Source of the DNA: an uncultured Syntrophaceae bacterium
Lineage (GTDB): Bacteria > Desulfobacterota > Syntrophia > Syntrophales > UBA2210
DNA: 64,000 bases
Direction: 5' to 3'
Assembly: GCA_964540715.1 (NCBI GenBank)
Contig: CAZINZ010000003.1
Span: 6,751-70,750, forward strand
The notes under the pieces: model-generated
The model's input: the letters and a program-made list of their open reading frames with translations, nothing else
Told to the model about the DNA's origin: nothing
Databases searched by the model: none
Translations under genes and position numbers: made by a program
Shown here: piece after piece, positions 1-8,424 of the stretch
How positions within the stretch are numbered: position 1 is the stretch's first letter
How the letters are laid out: every line of letters starts with the position of its first letter

Positions 1-97
1 CAGTATCCTCAACAGTAACACCGACTTCATTTTCGAAATTGCTTTTGCGACATTCAAGCATGAGAGTGGTTGCGAAATTGTCTTTTTCAAAAAGTGT

Positions 98-1090
98 TTA
101 GTTGACGCCTATTGAGTATCTGTTTGCCAGATGGCCATCCTGATCACCGGTTATGTCATCGTCAAAGGCCTCATAACGAACCGCTATCTCCAGAGAATCT
201 ATTACCTGCAATGCAGCCGCCGCGAACCAGGCGGATTCTTTATGCTCTTCACCTGCTATTTTTTCTCTTTTTGTGGCTCCGATATATTCTGCGTCCAGAC
301 TAACTTTCCAGAATTCATAGTGAACTGTTCCGCCTAATGTTTCATTTCTTTCATCAGTCCCCGGTTCAGAATCCCAATACGCAGACAGGAGCAGACTTTC
401 CGCAGGTTCCATCGTAATGTTTGCAATAAATGAGGAGACATCATCATTATCCGGGACAGTAACCACGGCGCCAACTTCAGCCCCATCTAAATGTTCTATA
501 AGTGTATCTCCCCGGTAGACTGTCGCCGAAATATCGAGCCCGAGAATTCCGGGCACAAATCCGATAGTAGCGCCCGTTTTGCCAATCTCATAACAATCCT
601 GTGTGATGGTATCGCTGATCAGATGGCTTTCAAATACGCCAAAGGGCTGGCCTCTTTTTCCGCCGACGAAGTAAAGGGGAAACCCCTCTTTCTGTATCGT
701 ATTTGTTGCCTCATCCCAGAAGATCCTATCGTCATCGTCAAGATCTTCGCCCTTGAGGGTAAAATTACCCGTTACATATTCGTGAAAACATACTTCCAGC
801 CCAAGCTCCGCCGCGCCCAAATTAAGGTTGGAGGTCGAATCGCTGTTTTTATCTCCAGAATCCCTTGGATCAGTATAACTGTAATCCAATTCAATCGCCC
901 CGCTGAAGGTGGTGTTTTCATTCAGCTTACCTAATATTTCATCCGATTCCTTTTTCTGTTTCTCAAATTTTCCCTCCAGTTTTTCAATGCGTTTATAAAG
1001 GTCTTCAATATCTCCGGCAAAAACCGCAGGGGAACTAAAAAATACAAATCCTAAAATCAATGCAACTATTACAACTAATGATTTTTTCAT
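98..1090 (-). CDS. Secreted outer-membrane beta-barrel (porin-like) protein, distal gene of the feo operon
   Basis: 330-aa ORF. It has a signal peptide (MKKSLVVIVALILGFVFFSSPAVFA) and a short coiled coil (KRIEKLEGKFEKQKKE), followed by an alternating strand-like pattern rich in G/Y/D/T. No family name recognised with certainty. Confidence 0.6.
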   Translation of the reverse strand: MKKSLVVIVALILGFVFFSSPAVFAGDIEDLYKRIEKLEGKFEKQKKESDEILGKLNENTTFSGAIELDYSYTDPRDSGDKNSDSTSNLNLGAAELGLEVCFHEYVTGNFTLKGEDLDDDDRIFWDEATNTIQKEGFPLYFVGGKRGQPFGVFESHLISDTITQDCYEIGKTGATIGFVPGILGLDISATVYRGDTLIEHLDGAEVGAVVTVPDNDDVSSFIANITMEPAESLLLSAYWDSEPGTDERNETLGGTVHYEFWKVSLDAEYIGATKREKIAGEEHKESAWFAAAALQVIDSLEIAVRYEAFDDDITGDQDGHLANRYSIGVN

Positions 1091-1553
1091 TCTGTTTTAC
1101 CTTTCGCTCTTTTGTTTTCTTTTGACATTTTTTAAAAATATACTTACATTCAATATACAAAGGTCCCAAAAGGCACAGCACACTCTTTCAGGGGAAATGT
1201 CTTTCGGGAGTCGGGGGTAGCAAGGGGAGTGGCCACCAAACCAAATCACCCCTGTCTACCCTTTTTAACTATTACCCATCCAGAAAGGGTCTTTTTGCTC
1301 AGAAAAGAAACCCTTCGCAAAAGTGGAAAATATGGAAAATTATATTTTCAAAACTTCCGAAACGAAGCAATTGCTGACACCAAATTGGATAACCTTACGG
1401 TTTTTCTCTCATTATCGGACAGCATGCGGTACAAGGATCGCATGACGAGCAAGAACAGCCCTCACCCCCCTTCTTCCATTTTCCGTAAAAGGTTTTGATC
1501 AGGTACCCAGCAGCCAGCCCCACAATAACGGCAACAATTAACACATCCATAAA

Positions 1554-3776
1554 TTAACTCCCTAATATTCCCATGATAGAGCCGATTTGAAAAACAAGCG
1601 TAGCCAATACAAGGGCCAGGACAGTATTGAACGCCATTGAGAAAAGCCCCCATTTCCATGAACCGGATTCTCTTACGATCATAACCACGGTAATAAAACA
1701 GGGCGCGTAGAATATAGTAAAGATGATCAGACTCAACGCGACCAGGGGACTCCATCCCGGCGTTTTGGCTAAAGTTTCAGAAAGAGATCCAGTCTCCTCC
1801 GGATCAACCTCACCGAGGGAATATGCGGTACCTAGGGCCGAAACGACCACTTCCTTGGCTGCAAAACCACCAACGAGGGCAATATTGGTACGCCAGTCAA
1901 AACCTGCCCATTTCGATACACCCTCCAGCGCGAGCCCCATCCGGCCGGCCACGGAATTTCTTAAACCCTCCTCCGCTTCTTTTCTATCTATAACAATTAG
2001 CTGATTCTGCAGATCTTCAACTTTCTTAGATAGTTTTGTGCTCTCGCCGATTGTCACCAAATTCTGGATAACTGTTGCTTCTGCTGACATCTTTACAGTC
2101 TCACGCATATTCTCAAATTCCTGAACCCGGGAGTCCGGTAGACCGGGAAAGGTCATCATGGCCCACAGGATAATTGAAATTCCCAAAATAACCGTTCCCG
2201 CTTTCTTGATATACTGCCACGTTCTTTCCCATGTGTGTATAGCCAATCCTTTAAAAGTAGGAAGACGGTACGGAGGAAGTTCCATGACAAAGGGAGTGGA
2301 TTCGCCTTTAATAATTGTCACCCTCAAAAATTTTGCAACAAGCAGGGCACCAGCCCACGAAACAAGTGTGATCATAAGCATTATAGTTGCTTCATTATTG
2401 GCGAAGAACGCCGCCACTAAGAGAGCAAAAACCGGTAATTTTGCCCCGCAACTCATAAAGGGAACGGTAAGCAGTGTTGCCAGTCGCTCTTTGGGTGATT
2501 TGAGGGTCCGAGTTGCCATAACGCCGGGCACAGCACAACCCCCGGCAATACCGCCTGACACTATATATGCCATGACGGAACTGCCGTGGAGCCCGAAGAT
2601 CCGAAATACCCTGTCCAGCATGAATGCAACCCTTGCCAGATACCCGGAATCTTCCAGCAGGGCAATTCCGAAAAACATGAACATGATCAACGGTACAAAA
2701 CCGAGAACACCCCCGACACCATCAATAACACCAGACACAACGAGGGATTTCAGAAGACCGTCAGGCAGGTGTGTAGAGGCCGCATCTCCAAGCCATCCGA
2801 AAAAACTCTCGAACCAACCCACGGGAATCTCACTGTAGGTAAACGTAAAATGATAAAGGGCCATTAATGATGCTATCATAATAATAGGACCAAGAAACCG
2901 GTTGGTTACAACCTTATCTATCTTATCAGACGTATAAAGTCTGTTTTGATCATACTTCTGTTGAAGAACCCCCTGTTTTATAATGGAATTGATGTAGCCG
3001 TAGCGTTGATCGGCAATCATGGCTTCAGGATAGATATTCAGAGTCCTCTGTAGATGTAGCGACACCTTCTCCACTATTTTTTCAAGCCTTGCAGAGACAG
3101 AGGGATTACTTTTTTCCCCCTTTGACAAAATCTGTTTGTCATTTTCAAGATATTTCAAGGCAGTCCAGCGGGCATGGTATGCATCGGTTAAAAAATCACT
3201 GGCCTTGATCGCCTTTTCCATCTCAAGGATTGCTTCGTCCAGGTCATTCCCGTAGGATATTGTAAGCGGGCCCTTCTTTTTCCGTTCCTGAGCCATCTTT
3301 GTGGCTGCGTTTATAAGTTCTTTCTTTCCCTTGCCGGTCCTGGCAATTGTGGGAATAACGGGGTTTCCAAGCAGCGTGGAGAGTTTTTCTGCATTAATTT
3401 CTATTCCCCGGCTTTTGGCCACATCCATCATATTAAGAGCGATACATACTGGAACGCCCATTTCGAGAAACTGAATTGCCAGGTAAAGATTTCGTTCCAG
3501 GTTGGACGCATCAACTATATCAATAACAACATCCGGGTTTTCATTGACCAGAAAGTCTCTGGCAACCGCTTCCTCCTCGGAATACGCTGTGAGAGAATAA
3601 GTTCCGGGAAGGTCCACGATATGTATCTTATCTTCATTATGGATATAAGTGCCCTCTTTCTTTTCCACAGTAACTCCCGGATAGTTACCTACATGCTGGC
3701 GGGCGCCTGTAAGCTCATTAAAGAGAGTCGTTTTACCGGAGTTAGGATTTCCTGCTAAAGCTATTTTTGCCTCCAT
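1554..3776 (-). CDS. feoB: Ferrous iron transporter FeoB
   Basis: 740 aa. The N-terminal G-domain has GNPNSGKTTLFN and DLPGTYS motifs, followed by a multi-pass membrane domain. A FeoA ORF sits immediately upstream. Confidence 0.97.
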   Translation of the reverse strand: MEAKIALAGNPNSGKTTLFNELTGARQHVGNYPGVTVEKKEGTYIHNEDKIHIVDLPGTYSLTAYSEEEAVARDFLVNENPDVVIDIVDASNLERNLYLAIQFLEMGVPVCIALNMMDVAKSRGIEINAEKLSTLLGNPVIPTIARTGKGKKELINAATKMAQERKKKGPLTISYGNDLDEAILEMEKAIKASDFLTDAYHARWTALKYLENDKQILSKGEKSNPSVSARLEKIVEKVSLHLQRTLNIYPEAMIADQRYGYINSIIKQGVLQQKYDQNRLYTSDKIDKVVTNRFLGPIIMIASLMALYHFTFTYSEIPVGWFESFFGWLGDAASTHLPDGLLKSLVVSGVIDGVGGVLGFVPLIMFMFFGIALLEDSGYLARVAFMLDRVFRIFGLHGSSVMAYIVSGGIAGGCAVPGVMATRTLKSPKERLATLLTVPFMSCGAKLPVFALLVAAFFANNEATIMLMITLVSWAGALLVAKFLRVTIIKGESTPFVMELPPYRLPTFKGLAIHTWERTWQYIKKAGTVILGISIILWAMMTFPGLPDSRVQEFENMRETVKMSAEATVIQNLVTIGESTKLSKKVEDLQNQLIVIDRKEAEEGLRNSVAGRMGLALEGVSKWAGFDWRTNIALVGGFAAKEVVVSALGTAYSLGEVDPEETGSLSETLAKTPGWSPLVALSLIIFTIFYAPCFITVVMIVRESGSWKWGLFSMAFNTVLALVLATLVFQIGSIMGILGS

Positions 3777-3778
3777 TT

Positions 3779-4012
3779 TTATCCTACCTCCACTTCTACA
3801 TGGTCTGCTTCATTGTTACGAAGGGTCAGGGTGAATCCCATGACTCTAATGGCCACCGGGTCATAGAGAGGTGCCCGGCCCTGGATCTTAACGGTTGCCC
3901 CCGGGACAAGTCCCATATCACGGATACGCCTGCCAAGCTCACCGCCAACCTTTATGGCGGATATGACTCCTGATTGATTGTCCTTCATTTCTCGCATCAT
4001 TATCTTTTCCAC
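3779..4012 (-). CDS. feoA: FeoA family protein
   Basis: 77 aa with the FeoA/SH3-like pattern GGELGRRIRDMGLVPGATVKI. Its stop lies 2 nt before the feoB start. Confidence 0.85.
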   Translation of the reverse strand: MEKIMMREMKDNQSGVISAIKVGGELGRRIRDMGLVPGATVKIQGRAPLYDPVAIRVMGFTLTLRNNEADHVEVEVG

Positions 4013-4089
4013 ATTACAATCCTCCTTAGTTTTTGTTGATTACCCAGGAAGCGGGAATCACATTGCCGGTATTAGATGGACCGTATGTT

Positions 4090-4105
4090 ATTAGTGCTCT
4101 CTAAC
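4090..4105. promoter_or_regulatory. Candidate metalloregulator operator ATTAGTGCTCTCTAAC (TTAG-N6-CTAA)
   Basis: One of three near-identical inverted-repeat boxes. This one lies about 80 nt upstream of the feoA (3779-4012) start. Confidence 0.4.
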
Positions 4106-4201
4106 ATATTGGCCAAAAAAAATTACCTCACCTTAATTTTTCGCATAAGCATATCATAGTCCCATAACAACCTCTCTTCCGACACATTTTCTGTAATAGA
4201 T

Positions 4202-4444
4202 CTATTTTCCATTTTCCGAGACCATAATTTTTTGAGCCATTCCTGTCCCTATGGCCAAGCGACAATTCCCGGCAGTAGCAATAAAGGGTCCCGGTGAGCC
4301 TCGCCTGATAACCTCGATTTCCGAACCGGGAACCAGTCCCATGCTTGCCAGGTGTGCATACATTCCCCGGCCACCGGCAAGAGACACAATCCGTACCTTT
4401 TTACCGACCGGAACAGTGGTTAAAGGCGTCACATGCATTTTCAT
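4202..4444 (-). CDS. feoA: FeoA family protein (second copy)
   Basis: 80 aa with the FeoA-type sequence VGKKVRIVSLAGGRGMYAHLASMGLVPGSEIEVIRRG. Confidence 0.85.
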   Translation of the reverse strand: MKMHVTPLTTVPVGKKVRIVSLAGGRGMYAHLASMGLVPGSEIEVIRRGSPGPFIATAGNCRLAIGTGMAQKIMVSENGK

Positions 4445-4500
4445 ATTTCAATCCTCACGAGGCCCATATCTCAAGCCGAATATTAGAAAATTAATATATT

Positions 4501-4516
4501 ATTAGATATTTCTAAC
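4501..4516. promoter_or_regulatory. Candidate metalloregulator operator ATTAGATATTTCTAAC
   Basis: Same TTAG-N6-CTAA architecture. It lies about 57 nt upstream of the second feoA start, between the dtxR-family stop and feoA. Confidence 0.4.
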
Positions 4517-4533
4517 TTATTGTCGAAAAAAAA

Positions 4534-5061
4534 CTAGCCCATTTCGTCTTCGAATTTCTTGATCTCTGAATTATATCGACCGGCAAAACCCTTCATCTTT
4601 TTCAGGCATTCGGCATCATCACGCCCACGTCGGATATAATTGTCAAAGTGCAGCAACCAGTCAGCGCCACCCCTGGGACAGGTCTTAACAAATTCCATAA
4701 ACTTAATAAACCTGTCCAGGGTGACAGGACTGACAACATGTTCCATCTTACAGGCATCTTCTTCTGCCGTTATTGCATCCACATTCAATATACCTGTCAG
4801 AAAATCACGAAAAATAACGTGTCGACGGTAAACATCTTTTGCAATACGCTTACCCTCCTTTGTCAATTCCACGTACTCATACTTTTCATGATTGATCAAA
4901 CCACGCTCCACAAGATTATTCAACATGCTGGTAACTGTTGGCAGTTTTACTTTCATTTTCTGGGCTATATCCTTAACCCGGACAAATTTTTTATTCTTCT
5001 CCAAGTTAAGAATAGTCTCCAGATAATCTTCCATTGTAGAGCTTAATGCTTTCGCACCCAT
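4534..5061 (-). CDS. DtxR/MntR/IdeR-family metal-dependent transcriptional repressor
   Basis: 175 aa. It has an N-terminal wHTH (MEDYLETILNLEK..VRVKDIAQKMKVKLPTVTSMLNNLVERGLI) and a DtxR-type dimerisation/metal helix (DVYRRHVIFRDFL). Confidence 0.9.
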   Translation of the reverse strand: MGAKALSSTMEDYLETILNLEKNKKFVRVKDIAQKMKVKLPTVTSMLNNLVERGLINHEKYEYVELTKEGKRIAKDVYRRHVIFRDFLTGILNVDAITAEEDACKMEHVVSPVTLDRFIKFMEFVKTCPRGGADWLLHFDNYIRRGRDDAECLKKMKGFAGRYNSEIKKFEDEMG

Positions 5062-5094
5062 AATCTCACGCCTAACCGGAAACCCCGGAATAAA

Positions 5095-5110
5095 ATTAGA
5101 TACACCTAAC
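5095..5110. promoter_or_regulatory. Candidate metalloregulator operator ATTAGATACACCTAAC
   Basis: Third TTAG-N6-CTAA box, 35-50 nt upstream of the repressor gene start. This position suggests autoregulation. Confidence 0.4.
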
Positions 5111-5407
5111 TTGATTCTAGTAAGCTAATTGCAGTACCATGTCAAGCTTTTTTTGATATTATACCGGGAAAATGTTATTAGTGAACTGCCCAGAAGGTGA
5201 AGCCAAGATTATACAATACAGTATTATGCACTTGCAAAACCATATTTTGCAGTTTTTCGAAGCTTATAGGGCAGAATGTTCTCATATTGGGAACGGGACT
5301 TGTATTTTTGCTTATTTAACTGAATGTAGGTATCTTAGGGACATTCACGAGGTGATCATTACCATTCAAAGTCTTGAATACTATCTGTAAAATCAGACCA
5401 AACACTT

Positions 5408-5627
5408 CAGGAAGTTACGAATATCACGTCACCCGGGAAAAATCACGATCAATAATCTGCACATTTCAACCTGTTATCATTGATCTGGCAAGATCACCCA
5501 ACCTCTCGGCTTGTATTTGAAGTGAAGGATTGTGGTTCATGAAAATATGACATGAGCCGGACATTGTCTCCACCTACAGCTGTTCATTGGTGGTGATTTC
5601 TCAAAATTGAGGATTACGGATTGAAAG
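5408..5627 (+). repeat. Intergenic element copy A (~220 nt; conserved core 5513-5565 with hairpin 5534-5558)
   Basis: Aligns almost without gaps to 6529-6745 and 7916-8134. Core sequence: gtatttgaa-N12-GGTTCATGaaaatatgaCATGAGCCggacattg. Confidence 0.85.
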
Positions 5628-5745
5628 AGAGTAACGCCGGCTTCACCCGTTCATCGGGTGAAAGGCGTGGTTGGGACATTTGGCTAACAGGGAATAGGCG
5701 TCAACTGTGTAGGCCTGACACCCATGCTTTTAAAAGTAATCCTTG

Positions 5746-6327
5746 TCAAACACCGGCGCCACCACCGGAAAGTCTGTCCTCCGCCTCCTGGAGCGATCCA
5801 TAACCGGCACCAATGACCGTAGCGAGTAGCACCTTTTCAGCGAGGTTTTCCTTTCGCTCAAGAAACTGTATTTGGTTTTGGTAGTACAGGACCAGCGTGT
5901 TGTCCGAGTAGGTCTCCAGCTCACCGCGCAGGTAGGTTTTCATCGAAGTGCCCCTTGGCCCATCCTCATCAATGGGGCGCCCCCGGCTGCGCAGATTGGG
6001 ATATTTTACTGCCAGCTCTTTGGTCCATGCGATTTCGATTTCTACGATCTGGTCAATCAGCGGATTTTCACTGAGTGGTGAAATACTGTTCTCCATGCGG
6101 GCATATTTCAGGGTCAACAGGTTTAGTCCCTTGGCATCGGCCCTGATGAGGTCATCCCGATAGCTTTCAAGGGCAGCTTCGGACCAAACTGAAAACGAGA
6201 CCCCTCTGTAGAATCGGAAAGCCCCCGGGTTCTCCTGGCAGGATGCCGGTTCCCGGGCGGGGACATTGAGAAACATATCGAGTTCCCGGTCGATGATTTC
6301 TTGGATAAGTTCCTGTTTTTTCCCCAT
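5746..6327 (-). CDS. Hypothetical protein, probably DUF4125 family
   Basis: 193-aa ORF with no overlap. The pattern ...FLNV..R..CQ....F...R...F..WS...L.SY..DL..A...G.NL...KYARM matches my recollection of DUF4125. The family call is tentative. Confidence 0.6.
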   Translation of the reverse strand: MGKKQELIQEIIDRELDMFLNVPAREPASCQENPGAFRFYRGVSFSVWSEAALESYRDDLIRADAKGLNLLTLKYARMENSISPLSENPLIDQIVEIEIAWTKELAVKYPNLRSRGRPIDEDGPRGTSMKTYLRGELETYSDNTLVLYYQNQIQFLERKENLAEKVLLATVIGAGYGSLQEAEDRLSGGGAGV

Positions 6328-6528
6328 TGCAGCCTCTTTTACATGTTTATCCGGCCCAAACGTCGTACCCGCGGACTTCGGGGTCCCGGATGCGGCCCTG
6401 GACCATCGGGCCGTGGTCAGGTAAAAAATCCCTCTCGCCCCTTCCCGCCCTCGTCTCCCTTGTCCACCGTGACGTTCATGTCGAAAAGAAGTTATGCATA
6501 TTTACTAAAATACGGCAACCATTAAGTA

Positions 6529-6745
6529 CAGGAAGCATCTGGATTTCATAGGAACTGAAAATAAGCTGTCCCGCTTTTGCGTGTTTCGACCCGTATTCAA
6601 TAAGCTAATCAGGAAATTCGATCTGGAGCTTTGTATTTGAACTGAGTGAGTGTGGTTCATGAAAATATGCCATGAACCGGGCATTGTATCCACCTACTAA
6701 CAAATGATTTGATCAAAGGAAATATTGAGGATTACCATTTGAAAG
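6529..6745 (+). repeat. Intergenic element copy B (hairpin 6654-6678)
   Basis: Same architecture as copies A and C. The hairpin here is a perfect GGTTCATG/CATGAACC. Confidence 0.85.
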
Positions 6746-6785
6746 TTGAAAAACTTTGAACAGGTACTGCGACAGTATCGAATCT

Positions 6786-7757
6786 TCAGGCCTTGTTGTA
6801 GATCTGATATCGATCCCGCCCCGCTTCCTTGGCTTGATACATGGCTATATCGGCATTTTTCAGGAGGATTCCTTCATCTGTTCCATCATCGGGATAAACT
6901 GCAATGCCGATACTTGTCGTCACAACGAGCTGATGGGTATCAATGAGGAAGGGTTTCCGAAAACCGTCAACAATCTTCTGCGCAATATTGATCGCATCTT
7001 CTACTGTCTTCAGCTCAGGAAGGATCAGCGCAAACTCGTCGCCACCTATGCGCGCAACGGTATCACCCTTCCTCAGCGCTGCGGTGAGCCGCTTTGCCGT
7101 TGCCTTGAGAAGAAGATCCCCCGCAGCATGCCCCATGGTGTCATTCACGTCTTTAAAATTGTCGAGGTCGAGCATCGCGATTCCCACCTCTTTTTTATTC
7201 CTCTGGGCATGGGCTAAGGTAATACTTAAGCGATCGGAAAAGAGCTTCCGATTGGGAAGACCCGTCAGGGAATCATGATAGGCCATCTGCCGGATCTGTT
7301 CCTCCGCCTGCTTTTGCTCGGTGATGTCCGAAATCAAGTTCCATGTCGCCGGCTGCCCCTCCCAGTCGATCAAGACGGAATTGATTTCAGCCCAGCGGGT
7401 CTGACCGTTCTTGTGCAGCAACCTGTAGGCATGCCGGGAGGAAGTCGTATTTCCATGAATTTTATCCAAATATCTCTTTATTACTTGTTCCCGGTCATCC
7501 GGATGAATGATTTCAAAAATGGGGATCGTCTGAAATTCCTGCCACGAATAGCCAAAGGTCTCCTCCGCCTTTTTATTGACGTATTTAATCATTCCGTCTT
7601 GCAGCACCAGAATAGATTCGCTGGCGTTTTCCACAAGAATACGGTATCTATGTTCGCTTTCCCGCAAGTCCTCTTCCGCTTTTTTGCCTTTAATTGATTC
7701 TTTTTCGATTACTCTGATTCTTTGTTCCAGGTCTTCGTAGGTTGGTTTTCTAGTCAC
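6786..7757 (-). CDS. PAS-domain diguanylate cyclase (GGDEF) with RxxD I-site
   Basis: 323 aa. An N-terminal coiled coil and PAS fold are followed by a GGDEF domain (SLTGLPNR..., RKGDTVARIGGDEFALIL). Confidence 0.92.
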   Translation of the reverse strand: MTRKPTYEDLEQRIRVIEKESIKGKKAEEDLRESEHRYRILVENASESILVLQDGMIKYVNKKAEETFGYSWQEFQTIPIFEIIHPDDREQVIKRYLDKIHGNTTSSRHAYRLLHKNGQTRWAEINSVLIDWEGQPATWNLISDITEQKQAEEQIRQMAYHDSLTGLPNRKLFSDRLSITLAHAQRNKKEVGIAMLDLDNFKDVNDTMGHAAGDLLLKATAKRLTAALRKGDTVARIGGDEFALILPELKTVEDAINIAQKIVDGFRKPFLIDTHQLVVTTSIGIAVYPDDGTDEGILLKNADIAMYQAKEAGRDRYQIYNKA

Positions 7758-7915
7758 AGGTAGGTGGTCCTCCGGTTGCTCAAAAAGCAGGCTTCAAGTA
7801 ACCTGGTTTCTCTAAATTTGCAGGTTGCTGTCTGGTTTCCCACAGGTGCAACAATATTTTAACCGTTACCATTTGTAATGTAGCATAAAACGACAAAATA
7901 GAAAAACAACTCTTT

Positions 7916-8134
7916 CAGGAAGAAGACATTAGCCTGGATGATCGGGAAATAAGCTGTCAGATAGTAGCATGTTTCATCCCGCATTCAATGATATGACCCT
8001 ATCAGCCACAGTGAAGGCTCGTATTTGAACTGAATGAGTGCGGTTCATGAAAATATGACATGAGCCGGACATTGACACCACTTACAAGTCCTCAGAAACG
8101 TTTCAGCAGAAGATCAATTATTACCGCTCAAAAG
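7916..8134 (+). repeat. Intergenic element copy C (hairpin 8042-8066)
   Basis: Same architecture. By eye the core matches copy A at about 50 of 54 positions. Confidence 0.85.
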
Positions 8135-8424
8135 TCTCACTGTAATATTTCTTGACATATAACTGTTCCAGTCAAGACCCAAAATAAATTATCATAAATG
8201 CGAGGGGCAGGCATAATTATTGTGATACATGTTCCTCGTACCCCCCCCCTTTTTTTCTGTTCCTGATATGGGGATTTCCATTTTCTAACAATACACCTCA
8301 CTCATCATGAAAATTAATAGCGGCCTGACTTTGTCTTATGAAGCTTGGATTTTTAACTGAAATTGGGTTAATCTTATAAAATATAGATTTCAACCCATAT
8401 CTTCACATAAAAGGAGGTAAAGAC

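Noticed and set aside
5172-5390. 72-aa plus-strand ORF in the dtxR upstream region. Other isolated 60-90-aa ORFs were considered too (1229-1498, 6301-6551, 10599-10799, 19068-19328).
   Set aside because: They have no RBS, no recognisable domains and an odd composition. Several overlap repeats or the REP-type hairpin (the HSRGNGNLH-type artefact).
5513-5580. Small minus-strand ORFs inside the three-copy element: MSYFHEPQSFTSNTS.. / MAYFHEPHSLSSNTK.. / MSYFHEPHSFSSNTS.., and a second frame MSGSCHIFMNH...
   Set aside because: A few third-position differences look synonymous. However, nucleotide conservation continues past the stop codons, and stop positions differ (one copy reads through for 62 aa). 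Two overlapping frames look equally conserved, and no RBS is evident. Conservation is better explained at the RNA or DNA level. Ribo-seq could reopen this.
5640-5670. Hairpin cttcacccg-ttcat-cgggtgaaag downstream of the DUF4125-like gene, considered as part of the three-copy element.
   Set aside because: It is present only after copy A. It is more simply the terminator of the minus-strand gene ending at 5746.
8241-8255. C8T7 homopolymer junction in the aldolase upstream region, considered as a possible phase-variation tract.
   Set aside because: It is a single occurrence about 170 nt upstream of the start, with no clear promoter element spanning it. It cannot be evaluated without read-level length variation.
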